DNA of 64,000 nucleotides, taken from NCBI GenBank assembly GCA_037142615.1, contig JBAXAI010000010.1, positions 57,966 to 121,965 on the forward strand, in the 5' to 3' direction. The position numbers were made by a program, and so were the translations under genes. Numbering within the stretch: the first letter of the stretch is position 1; each line of letters opens with the position of its first letter. The DNA is from Spirochaetales bacterium (GTDB lineage Bacteria > Spirochaetota > Spirochaetia > JABEVK01). Positions 38,283-47,960 of the stretch are shown piece by piece. Under the pieces are notes generated by a model. The model was given only the letters and a program-made list of their open reading frames with translations. It made no database searches and had not been told where the DNA came from.

Positions 38283-39455
38283 TTACCACTGGGGCGGGTA
38301 GAACTTGTCGACGTTGGCCTTGGTGATGATCTGCTGAGGCAGGTAGGTGATTTCGGCCACCTTCTTGCCGTTGAACCAGTCGGCGGCGGTCTTGATAGTC
38401 AAAGCTCCATCGCCTTCAGCGGTCTGGTAGGTAATGGCGAAGAGCTTGCCTTCCTTGACGAGGTCCATGCCGACCTTGCTGTTGCCAGCGGCCGCGACCA
38501 CCACGTCGGTGCGATTGGCCTTCTTGAGGGCCTCGATGATGCCGATGGCCTGCGCCGAGTCGTCAGCGGCAAAGATTCCCTTGAGATTCTTGTCAAAGCG
38601 GGTGAGCCAGTCGCTGACCACCTGGTTTGTCTTGTCGGCTTCAAAACCGGGGGCGTCCTTGACCAGCGTCTTGATCGAAGGGGCGTAGGTCGACAGGGTC
38701 GAGATGGGGCCGAACGAGCGGGCGTAGAAGGGGCTGCCGCCGGGGGCGTGCTGGGTGTAAGCCACGCCCAGTTCCTTGGCCGAAGGGCTCTTCTTCTTCA
38801 GCTCGTCTGCCCAGACCTTGGAAAGCTTGCGCATTTGGCCGAAGTCGTCCGGACCGGTCCAAGCAATAGCATAGGCCATGGCTTCGGCGGTGGGCAACGT
38901 GTTGAAGATGAACAGGGGGATGCCTGCTTCGTTGATCTTGCGGGCCTGCTGGGGAGCGGTCTTGGCATCCAGCGGAATCAGGAAAATCGCGTCAGGCTGT
39001 TCGTTGATGGCCTGATCGATCATCTGGTTCTGCACAGCCAGGTCCCAGTTGGGCGACAGGGCCTTGAACTCCATCTTGTACGCGTCGGCGATCTTCTTGG
39101 CGCCCAAGGTACAAGCAGTTGTCCACGGATGGTCTCCGTGCACAATGAAGATGACCTTTTTGCCAATGGCGCCGTCGGCGGGAGACTTGGGAAGGTTGAT
39201 CTTCTTGACTCCCCAGCCGGCAAATTCCATATCGTACCAGTGTAGAGGATCGGTTTCCGGCAGCGCGTCCGGATTAGCGGGTCGCTTGGGAACTTGCTTG
39301 ATGTCTGTGCTCAAAACGATCAGCGGCTGGCCGTCGCCCGCCAGAATCTTGGTGACATCCACCTTGAGCGACGCGGCCAGATCCTTGGCCGAAGCGGTAC
39401 CCACGAGGGCAAGTGCCATTACGACAGCCGCAAACAAAACTACAATCTTTTTCAT
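38283..39455 (-). CDS. Sugar ABC transporter substrate-binding protein
   Basis: Signal peptide MKKIVV; HPW, QNQMIDQAI, AGIP, AITYQ. Confidence 0.88.
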   Translation of the reverse strand: MKKIVVLFAAVVMALALVGTASAKDLAASLKVDVTKILAGDGQPLIVLSTDIKQVPKRPANPDALPETDPLHWYDMEFAGWGVKKINLPKSPADGAIGKKVIFIVHGDHPWTTACTLGAKKIADAYKMEFKALSPNWDLAVQNQMIDQAINEQPDAIFLIPLDAKTAPQQARKINEAGIPLFIFNTLPTAEAMAYAIAWTGPDDFGQMRKLSKVWADELKKKSPSAKELGVAYTQHAPGGSPFYARSFGPISTLSTYAPSIKTLVKDAPGFEADKTNQVVSDWLTRFDKNLKGIFAADDSAQAIGIIEALKKANRTDVVVAAAGNSKVGMDLVKEGKLFAITYQTAEGDGALTIKTAADWFNGKKVAEITYLPQQIITKANVDKFYPPQW

Positions 39456-39517
39456 AAAACCTCCTAGTGACATGAGCCGCCATGACTAAGCACGGGGCTT
39501 TCCGAAACAGTTCCTCC

Positions 39518-40537
39518 TTACTTCTGTAATTCCTTAACTAATTCCGGTCGTTGTCCGACCGTCTTTTCATGCTTATAGATGGCGAAAGCCTCGTACAGGA
39601 CGACGAGCGCCAGAATCAGGCCCGCCAGGAAAATCTTGACCTCGTTGCCCAGGCCAAACAGGATCACTCCGTCGTACAGAATCTCGAGAGCCAGGATGGC
39701 AACAAAGGTCTGGATGACGCCCCCCTTGCCGCCCGACATAGCGGTGCCACCGATGATGGCGGCCGAAATGACGTACATCAGCGAGTTCGTTCCCAGGTTA
39801 AGAGTCGCGGCCGAACTTTCCATGGCAAACAGCACACCGCCAATGGCTGCCGTGGTGCCCGAAAGGACAAACGCGATGATCAGGGTGCGGTCGGTGTTGA
39901 TCCCAGCCAACCATGCGGTCGACTTGTTTCCACCAACCATGTAGAAGCTCCGCCCAAAGCGAGTCCGCGACAAAATGATCTGCGCCACCACAACCAAGAC
40001 AACCGTCACGATGACGCGGGGGGTGATTAAGGGGACGATCTTCCAGCTCAGAAAGTCCGAAACAGCGAAGGCATCAGGCGTGCTCAGCGCGATGGAATTG
40101 CCACCCGTCACAAAATAGATCAGGCCCTGCAAGACCGTCATGGTTCCCAAGGTCACGATGAACGAGTTGATCTTGGCCTTGGTGACGAGCAGTCCATTGA
40201 TGAGTCCGATCAGCGACCCGGCGACAATGGCCAAAGGCACGCTCAATTCGTAACCGACGAACTGCTTGAGCCCCAAGCCGATGATGCCCGACATCGTGAT
40301 GACCGTGCCAATGGACAAGTCCAGTTGGCCACAGATCATCACGATGGTGAACCCGATGCCGACGCAGGCCGTCATGGCCATGGTCTTCGTGATGGTGGTC
40401 AGGTTGAACGGATTGAGAAACTTGGGTGCAAAGAACGCCATGAAGAGGAGCACCACCGCGAAGATGATGTAGATGCGGTTTTTGTCGATGACGGCCAAGA
40501 GACTTGTGCCGCTGTTTTTTGTTTTAGCTGTCGTCAC
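39518..40537 (-). CDS. Sugar ABC transporter permease
   Basis: GQLDLSIG, INSFIVTLG, GGN...A.LAGI, AAIIGGT. Confidence 0.93.
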   Translation of the reverse strand: MTTAKTKNSGTSLLAVIDKNRIYIIFAVVLLFMAFFAPKFLNPFNLTTITKTMAMTACVGIGFTIVMICGQLDLSIGTVITMSGIIGLGLKQFVGYELSVPLAIVAGSLIGLINGLLVTKAKINSFIVTLGTMTVLQGLIYFVTGGNSIALSTPDAFAVSDFLSWKIVPLITPRVIVTVVLVVVAQIILSRTRFGRSFYMVGGNKSTAWLAGINTDRTLIIAFVLSGTTAAIGGVLFAMESSAATLNLGTNSLMYVISAAIIGGTAMSGGKGGVIQTFVAILALEILYDGVILFGLGNEVKIFLAGLILALVVLYEAFAIYKHEKTVGQRPELVKELQK

Positions 40538-41561
40538 GGCCGAGACTCCTCAAGGATTTCGCACTGATGCCCACGACGATAATGAAGATCAATCCGCGGA
40601 TCATATCTTGTGACAAAGTCGGTATGCCGATCAGCGTCATGATGTTGTTGATGAAGCCAATCACCAGCACGCCGCCCAGGACACCGATAATGGAGCCACG
40701 CCCCCCGGCCAAGGTCATGCCGCCGATAACAATGGCCGTGACCGCGCGGAAGTCGTAACCGGCGCCGTTGTAGTAGGCCCCTGTGCGCGACAGTGAAGTG
40801 ATGGCCAGCCCGCCTACGATGGCCGTGACCGCTGCCAGCACAAAAGCCATACCCACCACGAAGTCCACGTTGATTCCCGAGAAACGCGCGGCCTTTTTGG
40901 CAGAGCCCGTCATCTTGAGCTGGGCACCAAACGAAGTCTTGGTGAGGACGAACTGCCCCAGAATCACCAGGACAACCATGAAGACCATGGGGAGGCGAAT
41001 GTCGAGCAGCGGATTCCCGAAAAGATTGCTGAACACTTCTTGGCGAAAGATGCCATCGAACCAGCCGATGGCTTCCTTGTTGTCGGTGATGGTCTCGGGG
41101 TAGATCTGCTTATTGGCCCACACGAGCCGGATCACGCCCAACGTGACGTAGTTCACCGCCAGGGTCCAGATGATGGGGTTCGCCTTGAGCTTGCCCACCA
41201 CGACGGCATTGATCAGGCCGATCAAGAGGCCCACCGTGGTGGCTGCCAACACGGCCGGCCAAAAGCCATAGCGAAGCATTTCGACCGCAACAATGCCGGT
41301 CAGAGCCATGGTTGTGGGAACGGAAAGGTCGGCGTAGTTGCCCGAGTAGGTGACAAAAGCCATGCCCACAGCCACGATTCCCAACAACGAAACGTTGTCG
41401 AGGATGTTGAGGAAGTTCGACAACGAAATGAAGTTCTGAATCAGGCCGAGCGCCTGCAGAGCGATGCCGAGCAACAAGAAGAACAGCGCAATGAGGTACA
41501 CCCCGAACACGTTGACAAAACTGGCAAAGGCTCCAAAGCGGAGCACACGTGTCTGTTCCAC
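40524..41561 (-). CDS. Sugar ABC transporter permease
   Basis: ADLSVP, AARFSGI, YDFRAVTAIVIGG; GTG start inferred. Confidence 0.9.
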   Translation of the reverse strand: MEQTRVLRFGAFASFVNVFGVYLIALFFLLLGIALQALGLIQNFISLSNFLNILDNVSLLGIVAVGMAFVTYSGNYADLSVPTTMALTGIVAVEMLRYGFWPAVLAATTVGLLIGLINAVVVGKLKANPIIWTLAVNYVTLGVIRLVWANKQIYPETITDNKEAIGWFDGIFRQEVFSNLFGNPLLDIRLPMVFMVVLVILGQFVLTKTSFGAQLKMTGSAKKAARFSGINVDFVVGMAFVLAAVTAIVGGLAITSLSRTGAYYNGAGYDFRAVTAIVIGGMTLAGGRGSIIGVLGGVLVIGFINNIMTLIGIPTLSQDMIRGLIFIIVVGISAKSLRSLGRDDS

Positions 41562-43048
41562 TAGACGCCTCCTTCGTAGGCGGCCATGAGCACCGACTCT
41601 TCGGTGCACTGTGACCGGGGCATTTCGCGGCTGAACCGACCCTTTCGCATGATCATGACGCGGTCTGCCAGTCCCACAAGCTCAGGCAGGTCCGACGAAA
41701 TGAGCAAAATGCAGTGCCCCCCGTCGGCCAGCTTTTTGATGGAATCGTGAATGAGCATCTTGGCGCCGATATCCACACCGCGTGTGGGCTCGTCGAGAAT
41801 AAGCACCCGGGGCTCGCTGGCCATCCACTTGGCCAAGAGGACCTTCTGCTGGTTGCCGCCCGAAAGGTTGCCCACCATGCGGCCGGGGTCGTTGGGACTG
41901 ACCACCAGCTCGTTCATCAGCCGACCCAACAGCGAGTGGCCACGCTTGGCGAAGTACACTCCGGCGGTGGAGTGCCGGGGAATGATGCCCACGAGGGCAT
42001 TTTCGCCCACCGTCATGCGCAGCGCCAAACCTTCGGCCTTGCGGTCCTCGGTCAGATAGGCGATACCGACTCTCAGGGCCTGCGCCATCGAGGTGATGTT
42101 GACTTCCCGCCCGTCGATGAGCATTTTCCCGGCGTCTTTTTTGTCGAGGCCCACCAAAACTCTCGCCAACTCGGAACGGCCCGCGCCGGCCAAGCCGCAG
42201 ATGCCGACGATCTCGCCAGCATGTCCCACAAGGTTCAGCCCGTGGAAGAAACCCCAGCGCGAAAGATTCTCGATGCGCAGGATCTCTTTGCCTGGGGTCC
42301 GTGCGGCCGTGTTGTGAGTCTCTTCTTTGAGGGTGCCCACCATCATCTGGACGATTTCTTGCCGCGAGGTCTCGCTCATGGCCTTGGTCGCGACCTTTTT
42401 GCCGTCGCGCATCACCGTGACCCGGTCGGCAACGCGGTCGATCTCGGGCAGGTGGTGCGAAATGTAGACGACCGCCATGCCCTTCTTCTTCAGGCCATCG
42501 ATGATGGAAAAAAGCCGCTCCACTTCCTCGCGCGAAAGCGCCGACGTCGGTTCGTCCATGACGAGAATGGAGGGATTGGAGGCCAATACCTTGGCGATTT
42601 CGACCAACTGGGCCTCGTGGGGACTGATGTCCTCTACCGGCAGGTCGGGATTGAGGCCCAAGCCAACCTGCTCGAGCCAATACTTGGTCTCGGAACGGAG
42701 CTTGGCCTTGTCGAGAAAGCCGAACTTCGTGGGGAGGCGTCCAATCAGCAGATTTTCGGCGATGCTGATCGGCTTGGCGAGGCTCAGTTCTTGGTAGATC
42801 ATCCCGACGCCGTGCTTCTTGGCGAGGGCGGGAGTATGGAGCGAAACAACCTGGCCGTTGATGGCGATTTCGCCGGTGTAGTCATCGAAGGATCCGGCCA
42901 GCATCTTCATCAGGGTGGACTTTCCCGCCCCGTTTTCGCCCACCAAGGCGTGGACTTCGCCGGCCTGGACCTCGAGGCTGACCTGATCAACCGCGAGCGT
43001 ACCGGGGTAGCGCTTGCTGACCGAGCGCATTTCGAGGGCAAGTTTCAC
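41561..43048 (-). CDS. Sugar ABC transporter ATP-binding protein
   Basis: [35 protein letters not shown]. Confidence 0.96.
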   Translation of the reverse strand: MKLALEMRSVSKRYPGTLAVDQVSLEVQAGEVHALVGENGAGKSTLMKMLAGSFDDYTGEIAINGQVVSLHTPALAKKHGVGMIYQELSLAKPISIAENLLIGRLPTKFGFLDKAKLRSETKYWLEQVGLGLNPDLPVEDISPHEAQLVEIAKVLASNPSILVMDEPTSALSREEVERLFSIIDGLKKKGMAVVYISHHLPEIDRVADRVTVMRDGKKVATKAMSETSRQEIVQMMVGTLKEETHNTAARTPGKEILRIENLSRWGFFHGLNLVGHAGEIVGICGLAGAGRSELARVLVGLDKKDAGKMLIDGREVNITSMAQALRVGIAYLTEDRKAEGLALRMTVGENALVGIIPRHSTAGVYFAKRGHSLLGRLMNELVVSPNDPGRMVGNLSGGNQQKVLLAKWMASEPRVLILDEPTRGVDIGAKMLIHDSIKKLADGGHCILLISSDLPELVGLADRVMIMRKGRFSREMPRSQCTEESVLMAAYEGGV

Positions 43049-44232
43049 GGGCGCGCCTTCATGTCGGGAATGTCGTACTTGCCCAGTTGGAGCGGGTACT
43101 TGCCGTGCTTGCGCACCAGGTTGAGCACAAACTCGTAGCGCTCTGCGCTGCAGTTGCTGGGTATCGAGTGGTCGGACTGCACGATGTAGCCGCCGCCCTT
43201 GGCCGCGTTGAGCTTGCGCATCACCTGCGCCTCAAGCTCGGGAAGTGGGTCATTGGCCCAGGCGATGACGTCGATATTGCCGCAGAAGCCCATTTTGTGG
43301 CCGTACTGCTTGCGGATTTCGACCACGTCGAGGCCACTCTTGGCTTCGAGGGGGTTGTAGGCGTCGAGTCCGATTTCGATGAAGTCCTCGTAGAGAACGC
43401 TGGCGTTGCCGCACCCGTGGTAAATGACCGGAATTCCGGCCTCGTGGCACACTTTGATGATCTGGGCCGTGATAGGCTTGAAGTGTTCGCGCCAAAAAAC
43501 GGGCGAGAACAGCATGCCGTTGCGGTAGGCGACGTCGCCCCACACCACCATGCCCGCCAACATGCCGTCAGCAGCCTGAATCTGGGCCTTGGTCAGGTCA
43601 ACCAGAAACTTACCGAGCCGCTTGAGAAAGACGCCAAGCTCATCGGGATACAGCGCCATCCATTCCAGGGCGTTTTCGGTGCCCACCACGCGCCACAGGT
43701 ACTCGTGGGCTTCGCAGACGTTGCCGTAGACCGGCAGATCTTCGTAGTACGAGGCCACCGTGTCGAACCATGGGGGCGAATTGCGGCTGATGACGTCGCC
43801 AATTCCAGCAAGCTGGTTGTCGCCCGCGCTGAAGAACCGGCGCTTGTCGAAGGGATCGTCAAACTGGAAGGCCTCCATCTTTTCGATGGTGTCGGTGTCA
43901 AAGTGCTCGTAATACGGCATCTGGACGCCCAGCTTGCGGCGGATGGTCGCCTCGAAGCCCGTTTTGAGGATCACGTCGTCGTCGTGCTCGGAAATCACCT
44001 CGAAAGCTTTGATGTGCGGATCCATGTTCGGGGTGACCGTGATCCAGTCGAGGTCGTAATACCGGTAAATATCAACCTCGGGCCCGAGCCCTTTTTCCTT
44101 GCGCCAGCGGGCCACAAAAGACGACCAAAAGAAGTCGCTGATCGGAACCTGGTCGCCTTCCTTGTGCGCCAAAGCCGCGTTCATGCGGTTGAGTTTCTTG
44201 GAACAGTTTTCACTTCGCTTTAGTTTTGTCAT
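43045..44232 (-). CDS. UROD/MtaA-fold protein
   Basis: WGDVA, FSP, YHGCG, NPLE, GNID, GGYI..SDHSIP. Confidence 0.85.
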   Translation of the reverse strand: MTKLKRSENCSKKLNRMNAALAHKEGDQVPISDFFWSSFVARWRKEKGLGPEVDIYRYYDLDWITVTPNMDPHIKAFEVISEHDDDVILKTGFEATIRRKLGVQMPYYEHFDTDTIEKMEAFQFDDPFDKRRFFSAGDNQLAGIGDVISRNSPPWFDTVASYYEDLPVYGNVCEAHEYLWRVVGTENALEWMALYPDELGVFLKRLGKFLVDLTKAQIQAADGMLAGMVVWGDVAYRNGMLFSPVFWREHFKPITAQIIKVCHEAGIPVIYHGCGNASVLYEDFIEIGLDAYNPLEAKSGLDVVEIRKQYGHKMGFCGNIDVIAWANDPLPELEAQVMRKLNAAKGGGYIVQSDHSIPSNCSAERYEFVLNLVRKHGKYPLQLGKYDIPDMKARP

Positions 44233-44245
44233 GATTTCTCCTTCC

Positions 44246-44569
44246 TCAGTCCTGATGGAAACACTCTTCCATGTCGGCCCACCACTCGCCTTCGGCGCGG
44301 GTTGACAAGGGGTCCTGCATGGGTTTCATGATGGCCCACCACTCCTGGGTCTTGGCGTCCTCGCCCATGCGCGCCATGTCGGCGTCAAAGTCCTTTCCGA
44401 CGTACTCGAAGTACGCAAACAAGAAGCCGTCCTTGTGGTAGATGGAATAATTGCGGATGCCACACTCGGTGATTTTGGTGGCCACCTCGGGCCAAACAGC
44501 GGCGTGGTACTTCTTGTAGCTTTCCAACACTCCGGGCTGCAACCGGATGACCTGTCCGAATCGTTTCAT
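44246..44569 (-). CDS. L-rhamnose-mutarotase-family protein (second paralog)
   Basis: YKKYHAAVWPE, NYSIY, QEWW, WWADMEECFH. Confidence 0.9.
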   Translation of the reverse strand: MKRFGQVIRLQPGVLESYKKYHAAVWPEVATKITECGIRNYSIYHKDGFLFAYFEYVGKDFDADMARMGEDAKTQEWWAIMKPMQDPLSTRAEGEWWADMEECFHQD

Positions 44570-44663
44570 GCTTTCAGGCTACCACAGATTGACAGCCTGT
44601 CAAGAATATTTTCCACTATTATCAACTAATTTACCTTCTTTTTTCCTTTTGGATGCTAAATAT

Positions 44664-45968
44664 TTAATGACTAGCACGCTCAGATACGTCCATGGCGATT
44701 TTGGACCAGTCCCAAAGCGACTGAGGACGGTAACGGACTGTCGAGATGTCCTTCATGATAAATTCGACGTGGTTCACCCCTTTACCTGCCTCCAACGCCT
44801 TTTCGAGGTTGGCTCTGGCTTCGGCAGGATTCCAGACCTCGTTGGCGAAGATGGCTGGGTTCGGCTTGACGCTCGCCACGTAGTCTGCCCCCAGGGAAGG
44901 CATGATACGCCCGTAGTCGTTCCACGGGCTGACGGTAACCTTGCGGAGGTTGGGAATTTGGCGCAGCAGGTGAATCTTGTTCTGAACAGGCTCGCAGCAA
45001 CCGTAATAGGTCAGCCCAAAGCGCGAAAGCCAGCGCAGGTCGTGGCGAAGGGCGAACTCCCAGGTCATGTCGGGCGACACTTCGGAGAACACTTGGGCGT
45101 TGGAACAGCCCCACATGTTGCTTGCTCTGACGTGGTGGGGATCAAAGTCTTTGCCGGGGAGCGCCGACACGTAGCCGTACCCGCCCGAGCCGATGCGCGT
45201 GTTGTCGTTGTCGAGGGCCAGCAGGTTCTGCGCCTCAAACTGGTCAAGCTCGACCATCCACGCGTCGACGAGCCGCTCAACGCAGGCGTTCACCAGGTCG
45301 GGGTCGTCCACCAGCAGCAGCATGGCTTCCTGCACCCCGGTCCACCGCACCAGATAGTCCCAAGGCGTGAACCAGATGTGGGTTTGCCCCACTTTTTTGA
45401 CGGGCAGGATGTCGCCAAAAAGGTCGTTCATCTTGGCAAATGCGAGGTCGGTCGAAGCCTGGTCGTGAGTCACCTTGGGCATCTTGATCTTGTCAATGTC
45501 TTCAGGGGTGCTGATTTGCACATGGAAGTGCCGTGAGACGATCTCATTGGAGGCATCGGTCTTTTGGACATCGACCTCTTCGTGAATACCAAAGTCGGTG
45601 GAATGGATAGACAGGGGGCACTCGAGGTAGGGACTGACGACCATGTCGGCCGGCATATGCTTCCATTGATAGAGGGTGCGCCGAAGGCGGGTTTCAAGCT
45701 CGCGCGCCCAAGGGTGAACCGTCTTGAGGGTCAGTTCATCGTCCACGTTCATTTCATGCCAGGGGATCTCGTTGATCCAAACCATGGGGCGTACGGATTT
45801 CAGGTCGTTCAGGCGGCGCCAGAGTTCGGCTTTTTCTTGATGTATGGGAAGTGCGGCAAGGGCAGCAAGTTGGTCGCCCAAGCGTTTGAGGGTGTCTTCT
45901 TCGGCGGCCTTAAGGGTGAAGTCGGTCAGTTTTTGGGGGTCACTATGGCTTCCGGGGTCGTGCAACAT
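44664..45968 (-). CDS. Divergent UROD/methyltransferase-like TIM-barrel protein
   Basis: EIPWHE, VSP...EF, YYGCCEP, SPW, KPNPA, IMKDISTV. Confidence 0.7.
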   Translation of the reverse strand: MLHDPGSHSDPQKLTDFTLKAAEEDTLKRLGDQLAALAALPIHQEKAELWRRLNDLKSVRPMVWINEIPWHEMNVDDELTLKTVHPWARELETRLRRTLYQWKHMPADMVVSPYLECPLSIHSTDFGIHEEVDVQKTDASNEIVSRHFHVQISTPEDIDKIKMPKVTHDQASTDLAFAKMNDLFGDILPVKKVGQTHIWFTPWDYLVRWTGVQEAMLLLVDDPDLVNACVERLVDAWMVELDQFEAQNLLALDNDNTRIGSGGYGYVSALPGKDFDPHHVRASNMWGCSNAQVFSEVSPDMTWEFALRHDLRWLSRFGLTYYGCCEPVQNKIHLLRQIPNLRKVTVSPWNDYGRIMPSLGADYVASVKPNPAIFANEVWNPAEARANLEKALEAGKGVNHVEFIMKDISTVRYRPQSLWDWSKIAMDVSERASH

Positions 45969-46057
45969 GGGGTTCTCCTCGAGTTAATCCATGTTAAGGC
46001 CACCCTCGAGCGCCGTACACTGCCGAAAATATGAAAAAGGTTGCACAAGGTAACTTC

Positions 46058-46828
46058 CTAAAGATGCGGAAGGTACCGGCGGCGGAAGTCGGAAGGCGTG
46101 GTGCCAATCGCTTTTCCAAAAGCTCGGCTGAACGACTTCTCGTCCTCATAGCCGACCAACTGGGCCACCTCGGCGACCTTTTTCTCTTGGCGCAGCAGGG
46201 CCAATGCCCGTTTCATCCTCAGATGCAACTGGTATTCCTTGACCGTCAACCCAACCTCGCGGTGGAAGACCCTTGAGAAGTAGTGCGCTTCCATACCGGC
46301 TACCGAGGCCAGGACTTCCAAGTGCACCCAGCCGCCGTCGGCCTCGAGCAGCCGCACCAGAACCCTGGCGATACGTGCGTCGTGGCAAGGCTGCAACTCC
46401 GTTTGGCGCCCGAGGAGCTCGAACATCAGCTCGAGTGCCGACTCCAAAAGCGCGTCCTTGGTCCCGTCGCGGTCCTGCCAGGAATACGGCACCAGCGCTG
46501 TCAGCAGCTGCACCGCAGCCTGAAGCGGCGGGTTGGCGGCCAAGGGAATCGCTAGCACCCCGCGCGTCAGTACCGGCTGCGACACCACGTGGAACCACAA
46601 GACTTCAAGCGGGTGCGCGAGGTCTTGCCTCAGTTGGTACGGAGAAAATGCGGGGAACAGGTACGCCGTGTCGTCTTCGAGCGGAAACTCGGCTTCGGGG
46701 AGAGTGCAGAACGCCTCGCCACCCCTTTTGATGTACAAACGGTGATACTGGCACCCGGTCACCGACAGCCCCCAATCAGGCGGGCAAACGATGGAACCGG
46801 AGGCCAGGACGGAAATCTCTAGAGCCAA
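46058..46828 (-). CDS. AraC-family transcriptional regulator
   Basis: HYFSRVF, VGYEDEKSFSRAF...GTTPSDFRR; TTG start inferred from the RBS. Confidence 0.88.
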   Translation of the reverse strand: MALEISVLASGSIVCPPDWGLSVTGCQYHRLYIKRGGEAFCTLPEAEFPLEDDTAYLFPAFSPYQLRQDLAHPLEVLWFHVVSQPVLTRGVLAIPLAANPPLQAAVQLLTALVPYSWQDRDGTKDALLESALELMFELLGRQTELQPCHDARIARVLVRLLEADGGWVHLEVLASVAGMEAHYFSRVFHREVGLTVKEYQLHLRMKRALALLRQEKKVAEVAQLVGYEDEKSFSRAFGKAIGTTPSDFRRRYLPHL

Positions 46829-46845
46829 GTGCCCCCCGGATGTCT

Positions 46846-47841
46846 CTATTCCGCAGGATCCTGGTTTCCCTGGAAGCCCTTGGTGGTGTACGGTCCCTGA
46901 CCGTTGTAGAAGCGCCCCAGCCACACGTCCCATGGCACCGTCGCTTCTCCAAAGTTGCAGGAAACGTAGCGGTGATGCAAGTAGTGAAAGTACGAGCCGG
47001 TGATGAACTTGCCCTCGAACAGCGGGCCCTCAAAACCGTGATGCCCATTGGCGGGTGACAGCCCGGTGCAAATCGAGTTGAAGAAGAAGTGCAGCGGGTG
47101 CGACGGGAGCACGAAGTGGATGGCGGTGGAACTGAAGTACAGAAAGGCCTCGACGGGGTGCATCGACAAGCCTGACCAAGGACCAGGATTGGGGTTGCGG
47201 TGATGCACCGAGTGGACGGCAATCATCAGCGGCTTCCAGTGAATCAGCCGATGAATGAAGTAAAAGTGGGTTTCGCGCCACAGGGGAATCAGGAGGAAGA
47301 AAGCCACAAACCAGACGGGGTTCGCTTCCCAGACCAAGGTGGGGATCCAGCCGTTGGCCGCACACCACAGGTAGGCCACTTCCCACAGCGTCCATGACAG
47401 GCCGCCGTAGATGCAGGTGTGAAAAATGTTGTCGAGCACTTGGTTGCGGAACAGGAACTTCTTGCTTCCTTTCTCTTGCCACTTGGGATGGTATTTGCGG
47501 TCACTCCCATGAAGTTTCCAAGTATAGAGAACCAAGTGGTAGCCACCATAGACGATCCAAATCATGGCAAGGTTGCGTACCAGCATCAGGGCGATCCAGT
47601 CGGGGCTGAGGGTCTTGCAGACTTCGGCCGAAGGAATCAGGAACAACCAGGTGACGGCCGCAAGGACGACGTAGAGCAAATGGTAAGGCCAAAGGTAACC
47701 GGGCCAACCGAACAGCCACTTGAGGATCTTGAGCGGCCGCAACGGCCACTCGAAAATCGGGGCGTATTTGACGCCGTAAGGGGGCCGCCACTCCCCTTTC
47801 TCGTTGCGTGTACCGAACTCGTCTGCCATTTCTTCACCCAT
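46846..47841 (-). CDS. Sterol desaturase/fatty acid hydroxylase-family di-iron membrane enzyme
   Basis: HFYFIHRLIH, HSVHH, PWSGLSMHPVE, GHHG, HYLHH...NFG...WD. Confidence 0.88.
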   Translation of the reverse strand: MGEEMADEFGTRNEKGEWRPPYGVKYAPIFEWPLRPLKILKWLFGWPGYLWPYHLLYVVLAAVTWLFLIPSAEVCKTLSPDWIALMLVRNLAMIWIVYGGYHLVLYTWKLHGSDRKYHPKWQEKGSKKFLFRNQVLDNIFHTCIYGGLSWTLWEVAYLWCAANGWIPTLVWEANPVWFVAFFLLIPLWRETHFYFIHRLIHWKPLMIAVHSVHHRNPNPGPWSGLSMHPVEAFLYFSSTAIHFVLPSHPLHFFFNSICTGLSPANGHHGFEGPLFEGKFITGSYFHYLHHRYVSCNFGEATVPWDVWLGRFYNGQGPYTTKGFQGNQDPAE

Positions 47842-47873
47842 CCTTAGGTCAAGGCTACCATGCCTTGGTAAAT

Positions 47874-47921
47874 TGTCAAGCTAAATATTCAGCTTGACAT
47901 TTGATAAATATGCGTTATGCT
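47874..47921. promoter_or_regulatory. Divergent promoter region with back-to-back TTGACA boxes forming a palindrome
   Basis: tgtcaagct-aaatattc-agcttgaca, then tatgct as a -10 on the plus strand. Confidence 0.6.
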
Positions 47922-47960
47922 TTTGATGAAATTAACCAGACCTCGAATCAGGAGTGGAAA

